Positions 24,991-38,239 of a stretch of DNA of 64,000 nt are shown piece by piece. Position 1 is the stretch's first letter. Each line of letters opens with the position of its first letter. The notes beneath the pieces are model-generated. The model was not told the DNA's origin and ran no database searches. It saw only the letters and a program-made list of their open reading frames with translations. Where the stretch lies: positions 79,114,001 to 79,178,000 of the forward strand of contig NC_058368.1 of NCBI RefSeq assembly GCF_018350175.1, read 5' to 3'. Position numbers and translations under genes: made by a program. Origin of the DNA: Felis catus. Its lineage: Eukaryota.

Positions 24991-27747
24991 CTTAGAAGCC
25001 TCAAAGGATCCCATGTTTAGGCGTACAGATGGGACTACTGCAGAGAAACAGAACTTCAGGTGTATTCTGGCTACATCTGATGGGCTGACAGAGAGAGTCC
25101 GTGTGAGAATGGATGGTGACGAAGCAGTGATAATCAGCATGGCCAGAAAATACTGGACTTTCCATAACCTGCTAAAGAGTGGAGACTTGATGGTTTAGGC
25201 CAGGCAAAATGGCGGCACTGCAGCATTTTGAACACAGCAATTACATGAATAGATTTATTCTTTGGAGAGATCAAACCTAGTAGATTAATTATCCTCAATA
25301 ATACCTCCTGTTGTTGGCGGCGAGTCTCCCATATAATCCCAAGAAACACGTTTTTAAAAAAAATTTGTAATGTTCTTACTTTCCGTGTTTCCAGTATAAT
25401 AGATTTATGTTTTTCTGTATATTCTCTGGATTCCAACCCCATTACTATCATACGTCATTACTACAAACATACCCTAAATATAGGTTATCAATTTGTTACA
25501 ATCTAGTCACTCATACTGATGCTGCCATGGTTTTTTTTTTTTTTAATGAATTGAGGTGAAAGACCAGAGCTCATATAAAATCCATATCCCAGCATGTCAC
25601 AAATTAATTACATTGCATGATGTATAGTACAATCATAAATTTCTATTTTATAACTGTCCATTAATAGGAAGAACTATACATTCACTCATCAGAGTCCATT
25701 TTCATTCATAGCTATTAACCTAAAATCATCTACCAAATGCAAATAAATGTCCATTTCAATGATATTAAACGTGTTCCAGTATAATACTACTTATAAAAGT
25801 CAAGAACAGTTAGTAACTTTTTTAAGAAATCAAACTGAAAGATAAGGTAAAAAGCTCAAATTCTCTCTCTCCTCCCTCACTGCCTGGTTGCCCATTGCTT
25901 ACAATAGAATTTGCAAAGTGCCTTTAAAAAGATATTTTCCCCTTTATTTGGCCCCTTGGCAACAAAGGAAACAAAATGGCAACAGAAGAAACAAAAGAGC
26001 GAGAATGAACTCAATTGAAATCCTGTATAAATACCTATTTCTGAGTTAGAAGGATCAACTCTTTTTTGCCTAAACCAGAAATGCTACTTTGACGTTCAGA
26101 TCATTTTCTTAATTTTTTTTTTCAAAGAATGAAAATATACAACCCTTTCATCAAAGTTTTTTTTTTTGAATCACATGTTATTTTATGCCACATCTTTCAG
26201 TTCTATTTAGGTAGACTTTGGCTTTGGAAACTGTGATTTTCAAATTTCACTTTTTAATGGTTTCTCCTCCAACATCTTGTTAGCATCAAGTAGGAATGGG
26301 ATTTGCATTTGAAACACTAATATTCACTATTCAGTCAGCCAAGAAGCTTCCTTGTTTTAATTTCCATAAATGTCAGTAAATGCCTCTTTTCACCTTTGGG
26401 TGAATAGTCAATAGAAAAATCAATTCTGCGACAAATGAACAGCAACATGATTTTACATATGAATTATTTAACAAAGTCTATTTTTATCCTGGAAGGGAAA
26501 GACTTAAGGTAAAACATCAGTAGCAAATTATTAATTTACATTTATTAATATTATTCATAGAAGTGCATATCCACAGGAAGTAAAGAAATTTATATCTCAT
26601 TTTTTAATTAGTTCATCTCCGAGAATTCTATTAATGACACAATAGAAATCTATTGAAAATTAATGAAAAAGATATACAAGTAATAAACCTCATTAAGCCT
26701 TTACACCACGTTGTGGTTTTCTCTGGCTTGTGAGAGAGTCATTGACCCTGGAAAGGGAGGAAGCTAGTGAAAATGACCCATTTGAGATTTAGACCTTCCA
26801 TGAACTCAGTCTTTACATCCTTTTAGCAAATTCTGTCTTCATGTCTGCCTGATACCTCTGGACTTTAGAAGACACAAAATACTTTACAAGTCCAGGCGGG
26901 GAAATGAGAACTAGATTCATGTCTTGAACTTCTAAATATCAAATCAGCAAGATTTTCTCAAAAACAGGATGAAACCCTTTTTTTTAATCCCTATAGTGAG
27001 TCGTTGACGTAGTAATAGCAGGTGTTACAAGTGGCACTATTTTCTAAGGATTACACTATCGATGAGGTAATCTTCCTGTTAAGACCCTGCAGAAAGGAGG
27101 GGATTTTGCTTGAGGATGAGTATTGCAGCCCACAGGGAAACGCCTGGACCATGTGGTTCATGTATATCTGCTCGCGCCCGCTAGGAGCTCGAAAGGAGGT
27201 GTTCCGAGGCACCGGTTTATTGAGTGTGGATGGCTTGTCTTTGCCTTCCCTGATCTGTCCTTGAGAACAGAGAGGAGAACGTGAGGCTACAGGTTTGAGG
27301 AGGTCGAAACTGACCAGAGGTTGTAGATCACAAACGCCACCCCATCCCGTGCAGCCCACTTGGTGGGGGGGTGGGGGGAGGTTGGGACACTCCGATGATG
27401 CTGCCAGGCCTTGCATGGCTGCGAGGTGGCTCCATCTGTCTGTTCCTTTGAGGGCCAGATTGTCCCAACTCCCCATGAACTGTGACTTTCGGCTTTCCCA
27501 CTCCAAATAACAACTGGCCCCTAAGCTTTGAAGCTTTCCTACTTCTTTCGAATGTCAAATTTTAAAATAAAAATCACAGAATAATTTCCAGGTATATTAT
27601 TAGATCCTGTACTGACTTTGTTTTCAAAGGCATTTAAATGGACAGATGGCCTGCTCCATTTTCTAGAAGTCTGGGAGTTGTACCTCTTACACCATAGTAT
27701 CATTTTTTTCCCCACGCCATCCAAAAATAATAATTCTGGGCATGGGA

Positions 27748-28101
27748 TGTCTTAGTCTGCTCGGGCCGCTATAACAAAATGCCACAGACTGGGTGGCTTA
27801 TAAACAACAGAAATGTATTTCTCACAGTTCTGAGGCCAGAAGTCCAAGGTCGGGGTACCTGCACGGTCAGGAGAGGGGTCTCTTCCAGGTCGCAGACTTC
27901 TCTCTGTGTCCTCAGAGGCAGAAGGGGTGAGGGGGCTCTGTGACGTCTCTTTTATAAAACCATTAATCCCATTCACTGAGGCTCTACCCTCATGACCTCA
28001 TCACCTCCCCAAAGCCCCAGCTATAGATAGCACCACACTGAGGGTTAGGATCCCAACATGCGAATCTGGGGTGGGGGAAACAAAACTCTCCGACCACTGC
28101 A
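27748..28101 (-). mobile_element. MLT1A-type MaLR solo LTR
   Basis: tgtcttagtctgctcgggccgctataacaaaatgccacagactgggtggcttataaacaacagaaatgtatttctcacagttctg...; TG...CA termini; ~354 bp. Confidence 0.88.
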
Positions 28102-28505
28102 TAGGGTAAGCCTTGTCTGATCGTCTAAGGCATTGCACTCTCTGGCCACCCTGAAGTCTGCAGTGACTGTCCCACTGTCTTTCAATGGCCCCACTCACTA
28201 GCCATTCAGAGCCATCTAGCCATGTCTGAATTCCGAGTAACTAATGGGTCTGGGACCACCCACACCCTATGTGACTTCAGAGCAACAGAGCATTTTGAAT
28301 AAGTTCCCAGGGCTGTATGGTGTTTGAAAGGGTCTTATCTGAATCTGTGACATGTGAACTACATCTCAAGTGTAAGATCGGGGTCAGTCCGCCATTGCTT
28401 GAAGGCACTCTCCTCCTTTCCTTCCCTGTCCCTGATGGGGGTGAGGTGCCCAATTGGCCCTAAGTTTATTTTTAAAAAAAATGAAAACACAAATCTGATA
28501 GACTG

Positions 28506-28964
28506 TGTGAAAGAAGATTTCAATATAGAGCAAGTAAGCCTGGTTGCAAGTGTCTCTGAAAACAGCATCAGGAGGCCACCAGGGAGGGGGAATTTCTGCA
28601 CGTTCTCATGGGCCTCTGAGCTCTTTGCCAGCTGCAAGCCCTCCCCCGGACTTGAGTCCTTCCTCACCAGGACACCAGGAGCTGTTCGCCTTCACTTTCA
28701 GAGGAGCCAGTGCAATTTGTTGGACAAGTTTCAGCCCCTAATTTGCATCTTAACCCAACCAACCTGGGTTAAGCTCCTCTCCACCCCTCTTTTATCTGGA
28801 GGACCTGAGAACTGCACTCACACCCTTCCGCCTTTGTAACTGCCCTGTCTTCCTGGGAGCATGAGTCAGGTTTCCACGTGAATCTGTCTCCCACATTGCA
28901 ATTCAAATTGCCCAACTAAATGCCCGTTTGCTTGGATTTTTAGTAAATTCTTTCTTGGTTTTCA
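28506..28964 (+). mobile_element. Possible ERV solo LTR (family not recognised)
   Basis: TG...CA-bounded ~460 bp GC-richer block with LTR-like motif content; no clear TSD. Confidence 0.4.
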
Positions 28965-30109
28965 ATTATGATAAAAACTCTCTTCCTTCCCTTAAACCTT
29001 TGCATGCAGCCATTCAGACACGAACTCTGTTTAAGCTCTCGAAGTACATTGGATGCATTGTGCTTGCTGAGCAGAGATTAATTTACTCATTTGGGACCCT
29101 AAAGGACACCCGTGATCTGATCAAGCAACAGATTCTACCTCCGGGGAATTCCACCCACATAGATCAACATTTTCTCACTTACATATTACATATGACCCTT
29201 TTTAAATGAAAAAAAAAAAAAAAATCCCCCAAACCCTTAACATTTCTGAAGTTAACTTATTATAATGGTGATTAAATGTAGACACACACATTGTTCCATA
29301 AAACGTCTTCATCCTCTTTGTTCTCATTACAGCTATAAAACTGAAGCAAATTTATAAATTGAAAACATGGCAAAAACCTACCAAAGCAAACAATTAAAAT
29401 TTATCACATTCATGGTAGGTATGAGTGTGTTTAGCAGGAATGAGAGTACTGGTGAAAATATGGACGTGGTATTGACTCAGATTCCAAGAACTACATTTCT
29501 ACTGTCTTGTGCCGTTGGTTAACCCAAGGCCCTACCGCTTTTCTCTGCTTGAACTGCTGGGAAACTATTAATCTCACCCATGCTGAAATATCACTTAGTG
29601 CTTTCTTGGGGGAGATGCCTTATTTGCATATTAAACACAACTACTCTCTTCTGGTTAGCCTGCAACAATATCAGTGATATTCCGTGTGGCATCCTGCTTG
29701 TAAATAAAATAAGAAGTTAGAGAATAAAGTCTCGCTGAGCACTGGCTTTAAACGTAGGCATTCAAATGATCCAAGGCACGATTGTATTACTTTTGAAAAA
29801 ATATCATGAAAATAAAAATGTGAAATATATTAGATCATCCAGAGAACTTGAGGACCCCTGAAAAAGTACATATACAAATCTCAATTTCTGCAACATTACA
29901 CTTAACAGTTTAAATTACTCAACTAAAATCTATTTATACCCTTTTTTATCTTACTCCTGAAATTCAAAGGAACTCCGGACCTTTCATTTCTTTCTGTACA
30001 ACTTTCTTTAGTTTTAAATCATATGTGCAGAAATCATAGTTATTTTATAAATGCAGTATGTTGCTCAGTATTTTGACAGCTTCGTGTTGCTAAGGAAGAG
30101 ACTTATTTG

Positions 30110-30341
30110 TATTTGTATTTATTTTTACTTATTTTTTAAATTTTTTTGAAGTTTTTATTTATTTTTGAGAGACAGAGCATAAGCAGGGGAGGGGCAGAGA
30201 GAGAGGGAGACAGAGTCTGAAACAGGCTCCAGGCTCTGAGCCATCAGCACAGAGCCCGACACAGGGCTCAAACCCACGAACCATGAGATCATGACCTGAG
30301 CCGAAGTCAGTTGCTTAACAGACTGAGCCACCCAGGTGCCC
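30110..30341 (-). mobile_element. Can-SINE (felid)
   Basis: Reverse-complement head gagccacccaggtgccc and T-rich tail. Confidence 0.93.
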
Positions 30342-30519
30342 TATTTTTATTTTAATTTTAATTTTTATCTTTATCTTTATTTAGGGCCCTAAGTTGTGAG
30401 AAGTGTTTTCATTTAATGTTGTCCAATTGACTCATCAAGATAATCACCATTCAGCAATGTTTAGGGATTTTCTCAAGTCAAAGAGCGAATGATGATGAGA
30501 TCATAATGCCCTACATTTA

Positions 30520-30730
30520 TAGGGCACTCACTATTTTCACATACTCTTTTATGTGGCCCACACACATTACTCATGTAAATCCTCATGCGTTTTGGGGAGG
30601 TAGATTGTTACTGTGGTCCCACTTTACAGATGAGGATGATGAGTTGGGTCACAGACTATCACTGGGTGGCAGATTTCAGATTTGAATCAAGCACTGCTGT
30701 AGACCCTGGATCTTCCACAATGCTGCCTCC
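30520..30730 (-). mobile_element. MIR
   Basis: ctcatgtaaatcctca...cccactttacagatgagga...gatttgaatc. Confidence 0.6.
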
Positions 30731-31074
30731 AGCCAGCACCCATCTGCTCATGGACTGGTGGTCCTCTGAGAAAGGATGGGAGTCCAGGGTCACTACTGAC
30801 ACTTGTCTACCTCAGGTTCTGTGGAGAGGCCTCTTCTTGCCTATTCTTTCCCCCTTTTCCAAATGGTGGCAACCTCAACTTTCAACATTCATATCAAATG
30901 GTACTTCCTCCTCTGTGAAGTTTCTCCAGACCGTCCTCCATAAGTCCCCTTTCCCAGGTAAATGGGGGAAAGAAGGTTTTAAAAAAACTCCTTTTTGAGC
31001 AACTCCATCTCTACGCCATGTGCAACACGTTAATACATTTTTAAGCATGGTTCCTTTAAAAGCAGGGCATTTGC

Positions 31075-31268
31075 GGGGCGCCTGGGTGGCTCAGGTCATG
31101 ATCTCACAGTTCTTGAGTTCAAGCCCCGCATCAGGCTCTGTGCTGATGACTCAGAGCCTGGAGCCTGCTTCAGATTCTGTGTTTCCCTCTCTCTCTGCCC
31201 CTCCCCAGTTTGCAATCTCTCTCTCCCTCTCTCTCTCTCTCAAAAATAAATATTTAAAAAAAATTTTA
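31075..31268 (+). mobile_element. Can-SINE with internal head deletion
   Basis: ggggcgcctgggtggctcag is joined directly to gtcatgatctc; TSD-like agcagggcattt / agcagagcattt. Confidence 0.92.
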
Positions 31269-31714
31269 AACAGCAGAGCATTTGTAATATTCGTGTGGCA
31301 CACAGGTGATAGAGTGTGGACGTCCAGCATCATAGGTATGGGGCAATTTCTAAGTTCCCAGTTATAACACTTGCTTCCTGGTTCTGAAAGATGATGATTT
31401 TGTGTCCAAACACTATAATATAAAACATGCCAGAAAAGAAAATAAATAAGTGACTAGCTGTCTGAAGTGACATGGGGTGGAGATAAATCTTTGAAGCAAC
31501 GGTAAACAAGCTTGAAGCTAAAAGATACCCATATGGCATCCTTTAGCCAAACAACAAATCAGTAAGTGAAACCTGGGTGTCAAGCCAGCAGATGCTAGGC
31601 ACTCATTTCCAGTTGCATCCCTGATCCCTGGCATCATTTCTTCTCTTCCTGAAAAGAAATGGTTCCCCCCCAATACCAAAACTAAATTCAAACAATTATT
31701 TTCATCATGATAGT

Positions 31715-31815
31715 GTTCTCTTTAATTCCCAGCCCCTATTTCTCCCTTCCCCCCACCCCACCCCTTCCCTTTCTGGAAGCCATCAGTGTGTTCTCTGTAG
31801 TTACAAGTCTGTTTT
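31715..31815 (-). mobile_element. Short carnivore L1 3'UTR fragment
   Basis: cccctatttctcccttcccccaccccacccc...catcagtgtgttctctgtagttacaagtctgtttt. Confidence 0.55.
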
Positions 31816-31959
31816 CAAAACTAAAGTTTTTGTTAAAAAGTCCATTATTTCTTTTTTCATGATAATACTTAATTTATCATGAAACTCGAAATAATGGTAG
31901 AGGAAGAGGGTTATTGTTGTTACCAAGAGGGCAGGAAATTTAAAGAATGGAGAAACATT

Positions 31960-32190
31960 GGGGCGCCTGGGTGGCGCAGTCGGTTAAGCGTCCGACTTCA
32001 GCCAGGTCACGATCTCGCGGTCTGTGAGTTCGAGCCCCGCGTCGGGCTCTGGGCTGATGGCTCAGAGCCTGGAGCCTGTTTCCAATTCTGTGTCTCCCTC
32101 TCTCTCTGCCCCTCCCCCGTTCATGCTCTGTCTCTCTCTGTCCCAAAAATAAAAAAAATAAACGTTGAAAAAAAAATTAAAAAAAAAAAA
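31960..32190 (+). mobile_element. Young felid Can-SINE with perfect TSD
   Basis: TSD aaagaatggagaaacattg at 31942-31960 and 32189-32207; CpG-intact head; long A tail. Confidence 0.97.
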
Positions 32191-32280
32191 AGAATGGAGA
32201 AACATTGACCCAGATGTGTTTATAGTGCTGAATAATATGGTGAATACTTTGGGGTGCTTATATAGTACTTGACCACCATT

Positions 32281-32492
32281 ATTCTTAAAGTTTATTTATT
32301 TATTTTGAGAGAGACAGAGACGAGGTGAGCAGGGGAGGGGCAGAGAGAGAGAGGAAGAGAGAGAATCCCAGGCAGGCTCCATGCTGCCAGCACAGAGCCC
32401 GATGTGGGGCTCGAACCCATGAAGCCTTGAGATCATGACCTGAGCCCAAACCAAGAGTCAGACGCTTAACTCCCTGAGCCACCCAGGCGCTC
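32281..32492 (-). mobile_element. Can-SINE
   Basis: Reverse-complement head gagccacccaggcgc; flanked by tgaccaccatt. Confidence 0.93.
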
Positions 32493-32501
32493 TGACCACC
32501 A

Positions 32502-32693
32502 TTTTTTTTAAGTTTATTTATTTATTTTTAAAGAGAGAGCAGGGGAGGGGCAAAGAGGGAGAGAGATCCCAAGCAGGCTCCATGCTGTTAGCACAGAGCC
32601 CGACACAGGGCTCAAACCCACGAACTGCAGGACCATGACCTGAGCTGAAACCAAGAGTCGGACGCTTAACCGACTGAGCCACCCAGGTGTCCC
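32502..32693 (-). mobile_element. Can-SINE
   Basis: Reverse-complement head gagccacccaggtgtccc; flanked by tgaccacca. Confidence 0.93.
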
Positions 32694-33789
32694 TCCTTGA
32701 CCACCACTTAAATGACATCCGTAGTTGCATTTGTTTGCTATTCTAAAATATTAAAGCTCCTTTTCTGCCTGTAACAAATATGATTTTTTGCCTCACAGTC
32801 TAATAAATGTAATAAATCTAAATAAAGCAGATTGAACATCATTCATCCGGGCATACCGCGCTCATCTCCAGATCTTCTATGTATTGTCTCACAGATGATA
32901 ATTTTAAAATGCCCTCTGAACTTTGTTACGTTGAAAGTAGTGACCTATCGTGTATCCTTGCCTGGAATTTTAACCTTCATCTAAGGAATAAGCTGTGAAA
33001 ATTCTTTTGTTTTTCTTTCTTAAACGACGATCAATAATGTTAGTATTTTAACATCTCATTTATACCATTCTGGCAACTATCCTTATGTGCCTATTAGACT
33101 TTACTCAATACCTATTAATCTCCATAATAGACAATAAAGTTCCATGGGATCTCTCAATGAAAGGGTTTATTCTGAGCATTAGTTGATTATTGCAAACATC
33201 AGTCAAATTTTTGCTTATCCAGGAAGCACAGAAAGCTCTTGGTTGTTGATTCAAAGATGGCTGTCTTTTTTACTTGCTCCATTATTCAAGACATCAATAT
33301 CCTCATTAAGAAAATGCTTTCTAATGGTTTGGGCATAGGAGTTTCACCTTTTATAATATACTTGGGAATACAGATATTTTTAGTAAACACTGAGAAGCTC
33401 TGAGAAAGTGCGTTTATTTATTTATTTTTTCAAAAGAGGGAAGCAGTAACTCGGGGGATTGGGGCATTTTATGTCAAGACCCCTCCCCACCAGCCTCAGA
33501 TTGGCAGCCACGAAAAGGCACTCTCCACAGACTGCCCTCCAGTGGCTCAATCTGCAGATGTGTTCCTATCATGAAGGTCTTTGCGGAGCGTCGCATCTCG
33601 CATATATCTTTGGTCATTAGGAAGGGCTCTGCTAGAGAGAGTCTAGGACTGAGAAGACACGCAGAGTGGTGGTACTCGGCTTCTGGTGAGTGGACAGGGC
33701 TGGATGCTTATCAGATGCACTGGCAAGGACATGATCTAGCCGGGGCCCTCACGCCACGGAAGAGGGATGCCAGCAGCTGGGTAGAGAGT

Positions 33790-35930
33790 TGGATTCTGTT
33801 TGTCTAGTTTTTAGGCTCTTCTCTGTTTTGTTAGACTGGGCCTCCATTTTTATATTCTTTCTGTACCCTCCTTGATTTCTTTTAATTAATGCAGTATTTC
33901 TTATTTCACATTTTCTGCATATAACTGGCTCATTATACATTCTTCCCCTGTCGTTCCTGTAGTCTCACTAGAGAAGAAAGCCTGCATTTTTGACTTACTG
34001 ACTCTTAAGGGATTCTGTTACTTTGGCTATTTTCCTCATATTGCTAGAACCTTAGAACCTCCAAACTCCACGTAACCCCTCGGGGCTCCCGCCATTGCTG
34101 TTGGCATGCATTCTTGTTCCGCAGAAAATTTATAGTCTGCAAGACGTTCCAAGCATGTTACTCCTATTTACCCCTGGATTTAATTCCGGTGTCTTTAATT
34201 CTCTCTTAAATTTCCATTTTTCCGTCCGGGATCATTTTCTTTCACTTAAAAAAAAAAAAATTAAAGACTTCTGACAGCAAATATCCTCCTTTTTGTTGTC
34301 TAAAAACAACTTTACTTCATTTTTATTTCTGAGGGGTATTTTTATTCGAGAACAGAGTCTTAGGCTGAATTCCTTTCTCCCGGTACTGTCACCTGTGATT
34401 TGCGGTTTCCTGGCTTCTGCTTAGAAGTTCGTTTTGCCTCTCGCTGTTGTTCCTCTGAAGGCAACGTGTCTTTTTTTAGGGTTTTAAAGCTTTTCTGCTT
34501 TGCCTTTGCTTTCCTAGGATCCGCCTCGTGTTTTCTTATTGGTGGTGGTGGCCTGCGTGTGGTCTGCCTTCTGTGTGGTTTGCTGAGCCCCTGAAGTGTG
34601 TGCATTGATTCCATTTGCAAGTTGGGGGACTTATCTGTTGGGATATTGCCTTGCCACGTTCTTTGTACACCTCTTCCTTCTGGGGCTCCTTTTATGTGGG
34701 TATATTCTGCTATCTCCTCGATTTGTCCATCTTTTCCTCTCCCCTAGGCATTTCATCATAAGTACTTTCAAGTTGTTATCAACTAGCCCTACATCTGGAT
34801 CATCTGTGAATCCATTTTATCTTTTGACTCTCGGGTAAATTTCCTTGTCTCTGCATGTAATTTCTGATCGTAGAGTAAGCATGTGTGTTAACAAACTGTA
34901 GATGCTGTGGACCATGGTTTTATTTATTTACTTATTTATTTATGTTTATTATTATTTTTTGGCTTATTTCCTTTTGAGACAGAGAGAGAAAGCACAAGGG
35001 GTGGAGAAGGAGAGAGGGAGGGAGACAGAGAATCCCAAGCAGGCTCTGAGCTGTCAGCACAGAGCCCGACACAGGGCTCGAACTCACACCCTGTGAGATC
35101 ATGCCCTGGGCCTCGGTCTGACACCTAACGGACTGAGCCGCCCAGGCGCCCCTGCAGACGATGTTTTCTACCCCAGAGATTCCACCATCGCGCTAGGAAG
35201 CTGAGGCAGGGAGGACCTCCAGAATCCAGTCACAGATAGAGCTGCAGCGGAGAACCAGCCTGCGTCTACTCCATCCCTGATCTCCAGGCAGCACCGCCTG
35301 CCATGCTTTGGCCCAGAGCCTGCCAGGTGTCTGTGCTCCTTAGCCCCGATGGAGTGCAGATGTGTTCCAGCTGTGCATTTCAGAGCTCCCAGGCCCACGT
35401 GCCCCACTCAGCTGCAAAATCTGCAGACCAGTCAGGGGCTTGAGGCTCCTATCTCCCCGGTCAGATACTTGCTTCGGAAGCGCCTCCAACCATGCAGGGG
35501 AATTTCACGCTGCTTTTCATAAGCCTTTGGCTTAAGTCACCACGCGTGCGTACAGCTGAAGAATGTAACAGATGTCCCTTGGGGAAAATGGCCATCCTTT
35601 GAGGGTCCTCAATTTCCCAATTTGTGCCTCTAGTCTCATACAACTGCAACACATTGTATGGTTCCTCTCTCTTCTAGAAAAGGCTCTCTAGACCTACAAA
35701 AGAACTCAGAATTGGCAAATGTCCCGGGGGGGGGGGGGGTGGGGAAAGCAGCTGGTAATGATCTGTTCAGAAAGAGTCTCCCCATCCAGAATTTCAGTTT
35801 TTCTGGTTCTCAGTTTGCCAGAGCTATCTGATGCTTTAAATACATGATTTGGGTAATTTATCTCTCTTTTTTTTTTTTCCTTCTAGTAAGTAAACTGCCA
35901 TGACCTATCAAATCCCATGCAGATATGAAA
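33790..35930 (-). mobile_element. Ancient L1M-like fragments (interrupted by a SINE)
   Basis: Antisense L1 motifs, e.g. actttacttcatttttatttctgaggggtattttt and ttgattccatttgcaagttgggga. Boundaries uncertain. Confidence 0.5.
34917..35152 (-). mobile_element. Can-SINE
   Basis: Reverse-complement head gagccgcccaggcgcccc and (TTTA)n tail. Confidence 0.92.
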
Positions 35931-36369
35931 GTTTTGTTTTGTTTCTAATTAGATCATCCTCAAGCTAAGTTACTTAAGAAAGATGATCTCTCAAGGACAC
36001 TTGGCGGGAAAAAATCAGCTGAGACTGGTAGAATTAAATGTTCTCTCACAAGAATAAATCCCATGACAGTATTTTCCAAAGATCGCTACTATGTGCTAAC
36101 CATGGGTCAAGGAACATGTATACAATGCTTAAAAACCATAGAGTGAACAGGATTGAGGCTAAATGTAATCGCCGAGCATACACTGGTGGAGGGAATAGAG
36201 GGGTTAAAATACATTGGTGGAGGAAGCATACAGATTCCACATGAACCCCACTGAGGAAAGGAACAAAGAAGACCATGGCATAGGGATGCTGGTCGTTAGC
36301 ATACATCGAACTCTGCCCCACAGCTATTCGGTCAGTGATAAGCAGCATAAAGTAATACTTAAAAAGACA

Positions 36370-36570
36370 GACTCTAGAGCTTGACTGGTTGGTTACACCA
36401 TTTCCCATGGAACTTTGGGCAAATTACACTTTACATTTTTGGGCCTCAATTTCATCTGCAAAAGGGTGGCACTGCTTTATACAATTCTCAGGACGACTGC
36501 TGAGTTAATGTTTCTAAGGTGCTTAGAAAAGGACCTGGTACATATTTAGCACCCCAAATAATTACTGAAA
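36370..36570 (+). mobile_element. MIR
   Basis: actttgggcaaattacact...gcctcaatttcatctgcaaaagggt...gagttaatgtttctaaggtgcttagaa...cctggtacata. Confidence 0.7.
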
Positions 36571-36578
36571 AATAGTTT

Positions 36579-36779
36579 GGGGGCACCTGGGTGGCTCAGT
36601 CAGTGAAGCATCCGGCTCTTGGTTTCCGCTCAGGTCATGATCTCACAGTTTGTGAGTTCCAGCCCCGCATCAGGCTCTGCACTGAAAGCATGGGGCCTGC
36701 TTGGGATTCTCTCTCTCTCTGCCCCTCCCAGCTTACTCTCTCTCTCTCTCAAAATAAATAAACAATAATAATAATTTTT
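36579..36779 (+). mobile_element. Can-SINE
   Basis: ggggcacctgggtggctcag head, (CT)n tract and aaataaataaa tail. Confidence 0.93.
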
Positions 36780-38239
36780 ACATCCTCTCTTTCTTGGCTC
36801 ACTTTTGTGACTGTAGGGTCAGTCTGGCTTCCACAAAAGCCTTCCCAGCAGGAGGATGCCTCATTTCCAGGTTGTTCTGGTGCATTCCTGGACACTGGAG
36901 AAAAATACCCTTTTAAGGGGTTGGGGGATACTACTTCGGCATTGATTCCTGGAGGTGGCTTCAGGGATCAGACCATCATAGTCCTGTTTCCCACACTTAG
37001 GTTTCTTTTTTTTGGGGGGGGGGGGGTTGTGTTTTTTTCTGATTATATGTACATCCAGTCTGAGGGATCTATTTTTGCTAGTAACCAGCTCCAGAAATCT
37101 AGTTCTGCACTCCCAGTATGGGTTTGAATTCCCAGCTTCTGTGGTTTACCACCACATCTCCACCTTCTGCCATCTTTTTGTTTTTTTTATTCTAGCTTTA
37201 ATTCTTCTTTTGCGGGTAAACAGTAGGCTCACATGTCCAGGTTAAAGGTGTTCGCTCTAGAACCATCCTGGAGCACCAACTGTGCTTGCTGCTTTTGAGT
37301 GACTGCTTCTACCCAGGAGCCAACTGCCATGTCCTGCTTTCCTGTATTCTCTTTTGTTTTGTTGGGGAGGCTGGAAGGGGCACCAGAACAGAGCAGTAGG
37401 TATTTTGGAAGTGGGTTGAGACTTCTTGTTTCTTCTGAATTTTCCTGTGTTCCCACTGTGATGTCTGGCATACTCACTTTAGAATGGCCGGAAAAAAATG
37501 GTATCCTGAGGAAGCAAGAGGGAATTGCACCGCATGATGCTCTCCTAGTCTGTCTCTGTAGGCGCAAGGTCAGAGAGCACATAGCTGCTAGTTGAGATCA
37601 CTGCTTTGAGTTGCTGCTGCAAAGGAGTATGTGCTGATTCTCCATTGGGGTTGCAGGTGCCCGGGTCATACTAGCGCGTTGGATATTGCGGTGGCTGTCC
37701 CTTGCCACACCCAACTCTTGGAAACCACTTCTATATTAGTGTGGTCCTCTGTTAACACGGACCGTGAAGGGGCCCTCCGGAGCAGGGCTCCATCCTTGGG
37801 TTATCCTGCTGTAGTCAGGAGTAGGGTCACGTTCCCACAGATGGGAAGGCTGAACCCTAGCATCTGGCAAGCCTCGAAGAACCCAAAAGCACCCATTACA
37901 AACAGGGTTACAATTGTGATAAATGAGGGGAAAGTGTGAGATGTCGTAAGAACATGCATAATGACAGAGGGCGAAGGGCATACACACGTTTGAGTGTTTC
38001 TGGAATCGCCTGGAGGTTCATCTCCTGGGCCGGTGCACCTGTCGTACATACTATGTTGTCTGCCATCTTACTTCAGCGGCACCCTGCCCAGCGGCCCTAT
38101 AGTTTCTTGACAGCAGTGCCTGGAGGCCTCTGAGTAGCGCCTGAGCCCCCCTCACACCCAGCCCGGCCCCTGTGTGGCTCTTCTCCTCTCTCCACTCGCT
38201 CACTGTGTTTGCTGTTCCTCCCCTCCCCCCACACCCCAG

